64,000 nucleotides of DNA from Schmidtea polychroa (Eukaryota): NCBI GenBank assembly GCA_044892525.1, contig CM097885.1, forward strand, positions 42,162,001-42,226,000, written 5' to 3'. The translations under genes were made by a program, and so were the position numbers. How positions within the stretch are numbered: the first letter of the stretch is position 1; the number at the start of each line of letters is the position of its first letter. Shown here piece by piece: positions 1-11,915 of this stretch. Under the pieces are notes generated by a model. The model was not told the origin of the DNA, made no database searches, and saw only the letters and a list, made by a program, of their open reading frames with translations.

Positions 1-2
1 AA

Positions 3-370
3 GACATTGAGGAAGCTCGCAGAAACTTTTTATTTCCATCAAAGAATGAAAGAGTAATAATGGAAATGGTAGATACAATTCTCCCAAGCGGAAGTGGAAA
101 GGTAAATTACGAGTATTTGTTAACTCCAGATCATTACAAGAAAGCGACGTATAATACAATGAAAAAGATCTGGGGAAAGTTTATGTTCATTGGACAAGCG
201 TGTGCCGGATTGATTGGAATTTATGTAATATGTGTTGTAATCAAAGTGATAATATCGCAGGTCCTATCAACACACAGATTATACGCGATCACAGGTTGGT
301 CGTGGAAACTAGTAATTGGGCGCATACCATTATTGGCTAGATTCTTCATTACTCATCATCAATATCAGGA
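3..370 (+). CDS. C-terminal membrane-proximal and transmembrane region of a chuvirus-like envelope glycoprotein, in frame with the protease
   Basis: Frame 3 is open from nt 3: DIEEARRNFLFP...IWGKFMFIGQACAGLIGIYVICVVIKVIISQVLSTHRLYAITGWSWKL. This fits the FP / WxxFxxFG..AG..I / LxxxxGWSxxL pattern I recall for chuviral G C-termini. Recognised by eye. Confidence 0.7.
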
Positions 371-799
371 GTTGGAGATACTCAAGGCGCGAATATTAAA
401 GAAGAGAAAGGTGAGCTACGCTAGTACAACCCCTTCAAGGGACGAGAATAATGACAATGACAACGAGGGTGATAGTGCACCGTTATATGTTGACAATCAA
501 GAACTAAGTGGAATGAATAAAGAAGCGTTAAGAACCTATCAAATCTTAAAAGAGCCACTGTTAAATGCAAGTAGCGTAGACACGTTTACAAAATTGTGTA
601 TACCAAAATCATTTATGCAACCAGCACCAGTGTATCCAGTTGATCGATTACGAGAGATGAAACCAGTGGAAAATATCGCATTACAATGTGAAGGAATGGT
701 AGGAGAGAGAATCGACCCTTCTAGCGCAGAGATCGAGAGAAAAAATATGTTAGGCTTACCATGCAACTACTCATTGATGACATTAACAAAAAGAGGAAA

Positions 800-3700
800 G
801 CAACCCCGAATATTTATACAAATGAACAAACATAAAGTGGAAGCTTTAGTCGATTCGGGATCTAGTCACAAAATAATATCGGAAAATGTATTAAACGCGA
901 AGGAGAAAATGCGAATAAAGCCTACCGACGAAATAGTGAGGTCATTATCAAAAAATGAATTAAACATAATTGGACAACTTAACGTCATATTCCATATTGG
1001 AGATTGAATAATAGCGCACGATGCGCTCATAATGAAGGGAAGTCCATTACGATGTCTGATCGGCATGGATATATTAGAGCAGCTGGACGGAGTCTCACTT
1101 GATTTAAAGACAGGTAATTTGATAGCAGGAGAAACAGGAGAAATAATTCACAGGGCAGGTGAAGTGTTTGTGAATCAGACATTGACAATACCACCACAAT
1201 CGGAGATGGTATATTGTGCAAATACCATGAGTGTGGATAATGGTGATTTCATATTCGAACCAAATCAGACACTAGTCGAAAAATATGATTTACCGATATG
1301 TGACGAAATTGTCAAAGTGGAAAATCAGATAGTACCAGTCCATATAACGAATAGCAGTAAGAAACCGGTTCAGTTACACCCAAAAACAAAATTGGGAAAA
1401 TTATCAAAAATGTCTATTGAAACGAATTGTAAAATACCAAGAAACGTCAAGGTGTATAAGGAGCCTGAAGTGGTAAGCAATGATTTAAATGAGATGCAGA
1501 AAAAGGAATTCACAAAACTGTTGAGAAAATACCGAGATATCTTTGCCAAACACGAATATGATTTGGGTTTAACCAATGTAATTGAGCATGAAATACCGTT
1601 ATTAGACGAGACTCCAATAAAAATAAAGCCATACAGAATCCCCTACGTTCATCAAGATGAAAGTGATAGACAGATTACAGCAATGAAGGAATTTGGAATA
1701 ACTCGAGATAGTGCGTCACCATTCTCCTCATCAATAGTGATAGTTAAGAAAAAAGATGGAGACTTACGATTTTGCGTAGATTATCGGAAGCTAAATCAAG
1801 TTACGAGGAAAGACACTTATCCAATTCCGGTACCCCAAGAAATGTTTGATCAAATGGGAGAGGCACGATATTTCACAGTTATTGATTTAAACAAAGGGTA
1901 CAATCAATTTAGAGTAAAAGAGGAAGATAGAGGAAAGACGGCGTTCTCGGATGGCAAAGGACTGTATGAATTCAATGTGTTACCATTTGGATTAACAGGA
2001 GCCCCAGCTACATTCCAACGAGGAATGAATTATGTGTTACGAGGTATTCGACATGCATTGGTATATATTGACGATATAATAATATTTTCAAATGATTTTG
2101 AGGAACATCTGAAAGATGTAGAAACTGTATTTAAACGGCTCAAAAGTGCAAAATTAAAAATCAAACCATCGAAATGTGAATGGGGGCAAAGCAGAAGTGA
2201 TTTATGTAGGACATATAATATCACGGCGAGGGTTACAAACTAATCCAGATAACATCAAAAAAGTAGAAGAGTACCCAGTACCAAAAGATGCCGATGAAGT
2301 TAGACAATTTTTAGGTTTGGCGAGCTATTACCGAAAATTTATAAAAGACTTCTCTCATATTGCACAACCGTTGAATACGTTACTAAAGAAAAACAATAAA
2401 TTTATTTGGGGACAAATGCAACAAAACGCTTTCAATACATTAAAAGAGAAATTAGTAACAACTCCTATATTAAGATGTCCAGATTTTACAAAACAATTTA
2501 TCTTGATGACAGATGCAAGCAACGTTGCATTGGGTGCGGTGTTGGGACAAAGATTTGAAGGTGAAAAGGACCACGTAATAGCATACGCAAGCAGATCATT
2601 GAGGCCTCACGAGAAAAACTACTCAACGATTGAAAAGGAAACGTTAGCGTTAGTGTATGGAATTACTACTTTTAGACAATATCTATTGGGCAGAAAATTT
2701 ACTGTTTATACAGATCATAATCCATTACAGTGGTTAATGAAACACAGAGATTCAGCCAGTAAGTTAATACGATGGTCGATTGCCCTCCAAGAATACGACT
2801 TTGAGATTAAATATCGGACAGGTAAAGCTAACGCGAATGCAGATGCAACGTCAAGAATCCCAGAAAATAATAGTGAAGGGACACCTGAATTAAAACAATT
2901 TATGGAACAAGCGGTCAAAATCAGAAAAGAACAAGACTGGAAACGACTCACAGATGCAAACAGCAAATATGTAATTCATAATGGAATACTTAAATGTTGG
3001 AAAAATGGGGAAGCATTAATTATTATACCAGCCAAGCACAGAGACGCATTACTGATGCAGTATCATGATGGAGCGTTTGGAGGTCATTTGTCGACGCGCA
3101 AGACGCTATCAAGATTAAAATTGAAATACTTTTGGCCAACAATGGAGCAAGACGTAAAGAATTGGTGTAACAGTTGCAAAGTATGCATCACCCGCAGAAA
3201 TACTGGTAAAAAGATTAAAGTACCATTAAAACCGATGCCAGTACCTGCAGCACCAATGGAGATGACGGCAATGGATATTCTGGGACCATTACCGGAAACA
3301 ACAAAAGGAAACAAATACATTGTTGTTTTTTGTGACTATTTTACCAAATGGCCAGAAGCATGCGCTATTCCAAACCAAAAAGCAGACACGATTGATAGAA
3401 TATTTGTGGGAAACATAATATTTCGCTATGACACTCCAAAGAAATTGTTAACTGATCAAGGAAAGAACTTTCAAAGCGAGATGTTCAAATCAATCACAGA
3501 CCTATTTGGAATTTGGAAATTGAATACGTCACCATATCATCCACAAACTGATGGATTAGTGGAACGATTTAATGGGACACTGATAAATATGATCTCGTCA
3601 TATGTGAACCGAAAACAGAAAGATTGGGACGACTTCATAAAGCCGTGTTTATTTGCCTACAGAAATGCAGTAAATCAAAGTACAGGTGAGACCTCTTTTT

Positions 3701-4110
3701 ACTTGATGTATTTAAGGAAAAATAATATGCCGATTGATCTCAAATTCCAACCACCAATTTCACAATATATGGAGATACCCGATTATAAAGCAATGATGCA
3801 AGAAAGAATGCAGTCAGTATGGACTAAAGCCGGTTTGACAATAAAGCACAACCAGGAGAAATATAAAGAAACCTACGATAAAAAAGCACATGCGCATGGC
3901 ATAAAGATTGGAGATCTAGTATATCTTAACAGACCAGAACCTCTCAAAGGTTTAACGCCTAAATTACAAAGACCATTTAAAGGACCCTACAAAGTGTGCG
4001 ACACCACCGAAACCAATTTGAAGTTATTACCATTCAGGAGTAAAAAGGCTAACCCGGTGATTGTGCATGCAAATCGATGTAAACTAGTGCCAGAGGAAGA
4101 TGAATCTAGA
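800..4110 (+). pseudogene. pol: Gypsy pol (aspartic protease, RT, RNase H, integrase) with 1 stop and 1 frameshift
   Basis: ORFs 60..1007 and 1032..2243 share a frame. ORF 2176..5328 continues at KCEW(G)KAEVIYVGH. Canonical catalytic motifs are present. Confidence 0.95.
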
Positions 4111-4206
4111 TACCCCTTAAGATCCAAGCAGAATAAAGTAACGGGTCAAGCAAAATTGAAACAGAAATTCACGAAAAATCCAACACCAGTCAGCTACATC
4201 AATAAG

Positions 4207-5328
4207 ATATTATATGTAACAATAATGCTGATGCTAGTAACAGTCGCGAGCGGCAAAAGGATTGACTTACCATATGCGGTAAACAAAATCCGGGGAATGG
4301 AGAAAATACATATATATTCCACCCTAACAAATATTGTGTGGAGCTGTAAATGCGAGATCGCAGACCAAATAGAAATTATTAATTTACTAGACAATACGGC
4401 ACGAGTGGTAGAACTGAATTATGATAAAGATATATTTGCGGTACGAAAGTTAAAGCCAAATTTCAAATACCAATGGCTGTTGAGACAGAACATGTCAAAG
4501 TGGTACACGCAAATTCCAATAGAAGTGCACACAAAAGAGATGCGAAACTTGATCGAAATAGAACCAGAGATGAATGGAATCAATATATATTGGAAGCCAG
4601 TGGACTTGGTGAAAGTGCGAATCACATTTCAAGGGTTAAATGTCAACACCCTTAACTCGCGAAAATCATTTATCAGCTATGAGAAATTGAAAATGAATCA
4701 AAATTATTCAGTTAATGCAAACTACTACGAGAACATATGCCTCGAAAATGGAACGGTAGTGAGAAACCAATGGTCACGATTTAAGAGTGAGACCCAGTCT
4801 ATCTATCTCAGAGACGAGTCAAATCGTATAACCCTGAGTGTTGGAAATGGACCGGTAACGATATATAGAAAATCAGGAAATGATGAAAGAGTTGTTATTA
4901 TCTACAAACAAAAAACCCTGACTATATTAGATGCCGGTAATCCTTTTTTTACACTTTACACTTCTGATTTAGAGACGGCATGGGAATTAACAGTTAAATA
5001 TCAGCGATGGATAACCGAACCAGGCAGATGGCAAACAGTTTTCGTGGAAGTCAAGACAATCAATGAATCGAAACGAAAATCAGATACAACTACATCACCT
5101 TTCCAATTACCGACCCAAGAGACGACAAAACCTAATTCAAATAAACTAATGATGATAAATTCGGATTTGACAGTCAACTATTGCGAATATCTCATTTACA
5201 TTTTAATAACAGGTTTTCTCATCTTATCAATAACATTCATAATCATCACTATCTTGATATGTGTAAAAGAGAGACAACTAACTATCCTTCAACCACCATC
5301 ATATTCATATTATGAGACAAGACGATAA
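4207..5328 (+). CDS. Type I membrane protein fused to the integrase C-terminus (signal peptide, FN3-like ectodomain, Thr-rich stalk, TM helix, PPxY tail)
   Basis: Signal-like ILYVTIMLMLVTVASG (4207-4254). FN3-like NIVWS...LKPNFKYQW and INIYWKP...LKMNQNYSV. Stalk SDTTTSPFQLPTQETTKP. TM YLIYILITGFLILSITFIIITILICV (5188-5265). PPSY at 5293-5304. Confidence 0.7.
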   Translation: MLYVTIMLMLVTVASGKRIDLPYAVNKIRGMEKIHIYSTLTNIVWSCKCEIADQIEIINLLDNTARVVELNYDKDIFAVRKLKPNFKYQWLLRQNMSKWYTQIPIEVHTKEMRNLIEIEPEMNGINIYWKPVDLVKVRITFQGLNVNTLNSRKSFISYEKLKMNQNYSVNANYYENICLENGTVVRNQWSRFKSETQSIYLRDESNRITLSVGNGPVTIYRKSGNDERVVIIYKQKTLTILDAGNPFFTLYTSDLETAWELTVKYQRWITEPGRWQTVFVEVKTINESKRKSDTTTSPFQLPTQETTKPNSNKLMMINSDLTVNYCEYLIYILITGFLILSITFIIITILICVKERQLTILQPPSYSYYETRR

Positions 5329-5511
5329 ATTGTGATTTGCATGCTATAAATAGTGTATAAAAATATATTACATTTATATCAACAATGTGCATGTTTTATA
5401 AGTACCATAGGATGAACTGTGTAATTTGTTTAATGGGATTCAAAGCGAGGTGTTGATGCTTTGCGAATGAAGAGTGATACAAAAAAAATGACTATCATTT
5501 AATTTCAGAGA

Positions 5512-5757
5512 ATGCAAGAAGCCTCGGAGATGTCATGCAAAGAGTGTAAAACAATTACGCAGGAACTAAAGCAAAAGTTTCGTAGCATGCAGGGCAGAAT
5601 AACAGATTTGGAGGAAGAAAACTTCCGTCTGAAAAGGCGGTTGGACCGGATGGAAATCTTATTGTTTCAACACGAAGCCGATTTCGCGATGTTTCGAATG
5701 AGAGTAGAAGAAATAGAGGAATCGGAAGATGATGGTGAGATAAATCAATTAGACTAA
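5512..5757 (+). CDS. Small CxxC + coiled-coil protein with acidic tail, probable retroelement accessory ORF
   Basis: 81 aa ORF: CKEC, then heptads (MQGRITDLEEENFRLKRRLDRMEILL). Acceptor-like tttcag just before the ATG and AATAAA just after the stop. Confidence 0.5.
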   Translation: MQEASEMSCKECKTITQELKQKFRSMQGRITDLEEENFRLKRRLDRMEILLFQHEADFAMFRMRVEEIEESEDDGEINQLD

Positions 5758-6311
5758 AAAAATAAATTATTTAAACGGACCCTGTTGGTGTTTTTTCGTC
5801 CTCGGGAAAAAAAAATAATAGTAAATAAATATAAGTAAATTAACAAATAATCAAATGAATAAACAAATTGATATAAAGAAATAATTGGCAGTGATAAATA
5901 ATAGTTTAAATAAAAATAAGTAAATTACCAAGTAAATAATCAAATGAATAGACAAATTGATATAAATAAATAAATAAAAAAGTGATAAATTAAATAAATG
6001 AATAATAGATAAAAATGAACAAAGTTAAACGAGCAAATAGAATAACTCAAATAAATGTTGGAAATAATGAAATGACTACCTTAAATGAACATTAGAAATA
6101 AATAACATTAAATGGCTGATTAGTAATTAATGAATTAGCATAACTATATAGCAATGGGTAACCTACTGGGGCGAGAGAACAAAATTATAAATAAGTAAGG
6201 AATAATTTCACATTAGTAGTAACAAAGACTAATCACGAAGAGGGATACAATTACCCCACCCTTTCTAGCATAAATTAAAAACAAAGGTATGCTGAACATT
6301 TATTCAAAGTT

Positions 6312-6613
6312 TTATTCATCATCAGAGTCCAGCAGAACGGGACTTTGGATGTCACAGTTCCATTCCCTGCGTACATTGCAAGGCGGGCGTCTTTCAAACC
6401 TACTGCCTGTATCCACACAGGCAAAGGTACGTTTCAATCCCTTTCAACGCGGTGGCAAAGGGACCCTGAAAAAGAAATTAAAAAACCTGTTAGTATGGCA
6501 GTCAAATAACCATTGCATAACATCGAGATGTTCAAACTTAGGTTCTGGGACAGCCTAAATTAGTAAGGGTTGAAAAAAAAATGAAATAAATACAATATAA
6601 AATTCCGTACCAT
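6312..6613 (-). pseudogene. Putative small spliced antisense gene
   Basis: ATG|gtacgg...tactaatttag|GCT (56-nt intron, 6555-6610) gives M-AVPEPKFEHLDVMQWLFDCHTNR. A possible 21-nt intron (6466-6486) then gives VPLPPR*KGLKR...VLLDSDDE*, followed by two AATAAA. One internal TGA. Confidence 0.35.
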
Positions 6614-6890
6614 GGTGCCCTCGACAAATAGTTAGTGCAGAGAAGTAATTGATTTTAAGAATTATGTAATAAATAAATAAATATAAATGCGGCAAAATAT
6701 TTTCAGAAAAATGCAAGCGCAATCATTAGCAAATACGAGTAGATGTAATTAGAGGTTTGCTTTAGTATAAATACAAAATCAAAAATCAAAAATATATGAC
6801 CCAAAATATGAGTGTGGTATAGGTAGTTGCATAAACAAATTAATGAATTAAAATTAAAAAGTAAATAAGCATCAATAAGTTAATTTAATA

Positions 6891-6959
6891 AGCAACACGA
6901 GCACTTGCAATCACCGGGGTTTGGCTACCCTGGACAGCGATTGCAAATGTTCGGTTGCT
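6891..6959. other. 69-nt GC-rich hairpin
   Basis: Stems AGCAAC/GTTGCT, CGAGCA/TGTTCG, TTGCAATC/GATTGCAA and CCGGGGT/ACCCTGG close a 6-nt loop, in AT-rich surroundings. Confidence 0.7.
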
Positions 6960-7119
6960 ATGAGGGAACGCATTACTAATAGTTGAGTCCAGCATGGTAA
7001 AAACAAAAGAGAAGTAATCACTTACGTCCATAGTAATTGAGGGATGGCGTTACTAAAATTCAAAAAAATATGAAAAAGAAAAAAATATATATAAAAAGCT
7101 TACTTGAAGATTGGCAAGA

Positions 7120-7300
7120 CAAAACTAATGAAAAGTGGTAAAGCAGAAACTTATATAGAACGCTTATCAGTACAGGCTACGTTAACAAACCACAGGGTAA
7201 TTAATTAGAAAGCTTATCAGCACGGGCTACGTTAAGAAACCACAGGGTAATTAATTATAGAGCCTATCAGTATCGGCTACGTTAAAAACCGCAGGATAAG
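7120..7300 (-). promoter_or_regulatory. Candidate minus-strand Pol II promoter: three 50-bp repeats, TATA box, initiator
   Basis: Repeat units start at 7162, 7212 and 7262 and carry TGATAAG/TGATAGG on the minus strand. TATATAAG at ~7150-7157, TCATT about 28 nt downstream, then GTAAG donors at 7103 and 7025. Confidence 0.45.
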
Positions 7301-10300
7301 TAAATATTCATTCGGAATATTACGTTCATCGCAGATACCTTATCAGGCGGAAGATAAAAGTGAGTAAGCAAAGTGATATCATGAGTCGGTCGGTGCGGTA
7401 GGAGACTTTAACTTTTTACCATGCTGTGAGTGAAATAAACCAATAAGTTTATTAATAACAAAAATGATTTTTTAAATCATAATATTAATAATAATGGTAA
7501 TAATGATGAAAGAAAAAAAATAAATAAAAATAAATAAATTACCTTGCAACTGGGAATAAATTAGACAAATATTTTGCACATAAAAATCGATTTCCGCAAT
7601 CAAAAAAAAAATTTTTTTATCAGTGGTTTATCAAAATAAAAGCCCAGAAAATTCGAGTCACAATTGCTTCCAAAATTCAATATGCGCTCCCTAGAAATAT
7701 TTAAAACCAACCAATTCTGTTATTGTGTTGAGCTAATTTTTGTTCCCGGGTCGATAATAAAATTTGCGGTTGTGTCTGACAAGTAGAATGACTGACCAAT
7801 CAGATTGAAATACATTCACCATTGGGATGAATTTTGAAGAAAATTGACACACACATACACGCAAGTGCACTCATTTATAGATACTCACAAAGAACCCCGA
7901 TTAATGTACAAGTACCGTGAACTACTTAATCGTAAAGACACACACACAGACAGACACACAAGCATTTCCCATCAACTGCTCAACTCTGTTATTAACCACA
8001 ATTCTATCTATATTTTTGGTAAACCTTATTCATCTTGAACAATAACAACAACCACAGCAAATATCATCACACTACTAACAATGTAGTATAAGAAATTTTT
8101 CAATAAATTTTTATTTTGACTGGGGTTGTAAATATCGTGGAATCCAACTAATCTATATCACTTCAGTCTACCCCACATGCGCACACAAACACAGACGCAA
8201 ACGCACACACTCACACTGAGAACATCGATCATTAGTTTGCGTGTGTTAGATTGGGTTTTGTTATCGTTAATAATTGACGGCAAAATCGATGATGTTCAAC
8301 AAAACGGAGAATGGCTAGCATAAAATAGAATGGGAAATGAATTAATTATCAATAATACACACATATACTGTTGATTTCCACCAAAGTCGCCAGTCTAATC
8401 AATTAATGAATTCAATCAGATATTTTTTAAAAAAAATTTTTATTCTCTTCTATTTCGTATATTACTAACATATAACATAAAGTTGTCATGAAAACCACAT
8501 AATATTTCGAAAAAAAAATGATGATTTTAACAAAATATAATTTAATTTCAAAAAACTATTTTGAAACAACTAAATAACTTTTTATGATTGCAATTTTTCT
8601 AATGAATTAATGATTCAAATCAAAATTTATTTTTCATCTCAGAGAATTATTTTTGAGAATTTACGTTGATAAAAAAAAATTAAAACAACTTTTGACTCCA
8701 TGGTAGACCACATAACCAAAATAAGAGCAATACACACTTTCAGAAACAATAAACTAAATGTAGGAAATAATTCTAATCTTTTTAATATCCTAAAATAATA
8801 ATTATAATTTTAAAATTTACTGAAAAATCAATGACCTGCAAAATATGAATGTTATAATGGGAAAAATAACCGATTGATTGTTTCGATCAATATCTTTCCT
8901 CTTCATTAACCATATCATAAGCAACATTTTTAAAAAATTCAATACTCTGAGAAAGGTTTCAACTACAATAACCTTACCAGACTGCCTTAGTCTACTCGAC
9001 CATTTGAAAGATCCTGAAAATGTCTACTAATATCAGATAATATCTTTAACTGTGTTTCTGATCAGAATTAAATAACTGTACTGTCATGTCTGAGGGAAAT
9101 TCCAAAAACATATGGGAAATGGCTCAACGAATCACACGAGGAGGATTTATTCGTGTTCACAATTTTTCATTGGAGAAACGATAAAAAAAAATTCCCTATT
9201 CTTCACTGCATCCCAAACAAGATCAAGCGCTGCACTGATAGACAAATTGATATGCAGATTGGAAGACTCACTGCAGTCTAAAACAATTTCTTTCTCGTTT
9301 CTATGGACACACACACATACACACTCATATACACACACACTAAAGCAACCGACTGCCGCTATAAACATGAAAATCCAGTTAGACCAATAGGCATAATGTA
9401 AATAAACATAGTTTAGATTTCCCTGAACATACTCGAAAATCAAATTTTAGTTTTAAGCGGCTACGGAGTAATCTGTTTGCTTGTCTAAACTAAGACATCG
9501 ATTATTATATCATTCTAATTTGTTTCAGTGATAAATTACAAGTATAAACCGGACCTGGAATATGTGGTATTTTATCTAAATTATGGATTTAATAATTTAT
9601 CATCTCATCATAATTTGAAAGAATGATTTTGGTTATATGATTAAGAAAAAACAACCACTGATATCGAAATAAATGTCATACGTAAACCGACGGTCAGCCG
9701 AATAAATCATAATTAGATTAGCTGATATTAAAATTATTAAATGCTCTTGACATGAAATATCTAATCTAAGATTTAGATTGAAAAAAAAATTAATAAAATT
9801 TTATTTAAAAATAATATATAAATTTTGGTTATTATTATTGAAGTCGATAAATAATTATTGTTAAAAAGATAATAAAATTTTATTTAAAGATAATATATAA
9901 ATTTTGGTTATTATTATTGATTTTGTGACTAAAAAGTAAAAATCGCATTCAATAAATAATCATTGTTGATCAGTTTTATTATCAGGCTCAATGACTTCAA
10001 TTAGCCATCGAGACAATTGCGTTCGATTGTGTTTTGTTGTACTACATTCTATACCTTATATTACGCTTGTTTGCGTGTTTTTTCATGTTTCAAATAAGAG
10101 GTTGTCTGTAACTTTTATGCATTAAGTTTGCCAGTGAATTTCCTACTCCTTTAAGGTTGTTCCTATGAAATATGAGACACGCGAAAAAACAAAAAATAAT
10201 TTTTGGTGAGAAAACATTTCAAGAATAATAATTAAATTTTTATTAATTATATTATCACTATGAATACTTGGTATTATTATTATTATTATAATTATAACCG

Positions 10301-10422
10301 TAATTATCACATATTAATATTTGGGGAGATGAACTCTAGAAAACACAAATTAATATTCAACAGAACTTTCCATTAAAACACAAATTTCGAGGACGCAAAA
10401 AAATTTTTTAAGGGGGGACATA

Positions 10423-11481
10423 TGTTGAGGTCTGTAAATTAAAATTAAAAATTTAAATAAAATTTAGGATAATAATTCAAATGGAAAGTAAGCGAGGAAA
10501 AAAGGCAAATAAAAGCGGGATCGTGCACAGAATCAATAGTAAAGGAAAGTGTGATGGAAACAGTATTAGAAAATACAAAAAGCAATTACGAAAGGCGAGA
10601 ATCCGGAAATCCGAGAAAAATCAATAAATGGAAAAATCATCGAAATCGAATGGGAAAAACGGGACAGGTATAGATTAGCTAATGGTCAACAAGATGATGG
10701 TTAGGGATTTATCAGAAAAGGGTTAGGAAGGGTCGAAAAACATTCAAACGTATGAAAACAGAAAACGTTAATTAATTAATTAATTGGCTAATGGAAAACC
10801 CGAGCTAATGGGAAACCCGAGCCAATGGAGAACCCGAGAGATAAATGAAACCCGAGCTGGGTAAACAAGAAGAAAGGCAAACAAAAGGAAGATTTGGGCC
10901 CATTAGCTTGACACAATGATTAATGGGAAAAGAGTAAGGAGAAGATAGCGCGCGTAGGAAGACCGGTAGGGCCATTAATTATCTGGATTCGTTGGACCAT
11001 TATGGGTGACAGCCGAAGCAAACACGTAGGAGAAAATGTCAAACGAAAGATTGGCTCGGCAATAACCATTTGTCATCCTGATTTCGAGGAGTATATAAGC
11101 AAAGGGAAAATCAGAGAAAATCGGCATTTTGCCTCAGGTAGGGTAAGAAGAATCGAGAATAGTCGGGAGGTAAAAACGAATTTAGGGAAGTAGGGAAAAG
11201 AAGAAATAGAATTAAGAATACGAAAAGGTGAAAAGGAATCAAACCAAACAGAAACCGAGGAAAACGAGAGTCAAGAGAATCGAAAGGATCGAAAGGTGAA
11301 TATTATTTGTTTGCAAAGCATCAACGCCGAGCGGAGAATCGTATAAAACTTTGATTGGTAATTGTAGCGTGATAATAAATTGTGAACCTGTTGTTTCAAT
11401 ATACGTTGGGTCGTTCATTGTTTTGATTTAAAGAACACAGGAGTCAGAGAGAACCAACTTGAAATAATCCAAAACCCAACA
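10423..11481 (+). mobile_element. Gypsy-type 3' LTR (~1.06 kb)
   Basis: TGTTG...CAACA termini, preceded by polypurine tract AAGGGGGGACA. TATATAA at ~11093 and AATAAA at ~11374. Internal ~17-bp repeats at 10788-10857. Highly similar inverted copy at 56965-58023. Confidence 0.9.
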
Positions 11482-11499
11482 ATAGTATAATGCAAGGGT

Positions 11500-11915
11500 G
11501 TTTGGGCCACAGATAAAATAGGATAGCTAGTTGATTACCATTTTAAGGTTTACAGTGTAAGATATTTGTAAACACTATAATTGTACATCACCTGTTTTGC
11601 TCACATGGAACGCAGCAGTATACAGTGTAAAAGGCTTTCGTGTGGGTCGAGTTAGCTAACTAACTCGCATGTGGCAAGTTTGAATAAACAAAATTACTTT
11701 AAAACGATTTTATGAATCTCTAATCACTAAAGAAAATGACTAATTGAAAATTTTGTACCTTTAAAATAAATAGCATAAGAAAATTGTATTTAAAAAGAAA
11801 TTAATAATATTTTAAAAACTTATAAAGTTCGAAAGTTTACAAATGTGTTTTGGGCCACATTTACAGCATGTTTTGGGACACATGCGGCCTGCGGGCCGCG
11901 GGTTGGACAAGACTG
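11500..11915. mobile_element. hAT (Charlie/MER30-like) non-autonomous fragment
   Basis: The right end GCGGGCCGCGGGTTGGACAAGACTG is a typical hAT terminus and is followed by GTCTAATG (central TA). Left TIR not found. Confidence 0.5.

Larger units (their letters stand above)
1..5328 (+). mobile_element. Ty3/Gypsy (Metaviridae) LTR retroelement coding region: glycoprotein C-terminus - protease - RT - RNase H - integrase - membrane protein; 5' part lies outside the window
   Basis: Domain order PR (LVDSGS), RT (LRFCVDYRKLN, YIDD), RNase H (TDAS..LGAVL, YTDH), integrase (HHCC, HPQTDGLVERFN, GPY). One in-frame TGA (1005-1007) and one frameshift in a G-run (~2182-2186) split what looks like a single ORF. 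Confidence 0.95.

Noticed and set aside
7160..7300. Possible CRISPR-like array
   Set aside because: Contiguous 50-bp tandem units with no unique spacers, no cas genes, eukaryotic context.
7844..9443. Short ORFs overlapping (CA)-rich tracts
   Set aside because: Products of simple repeats with no coding signature.
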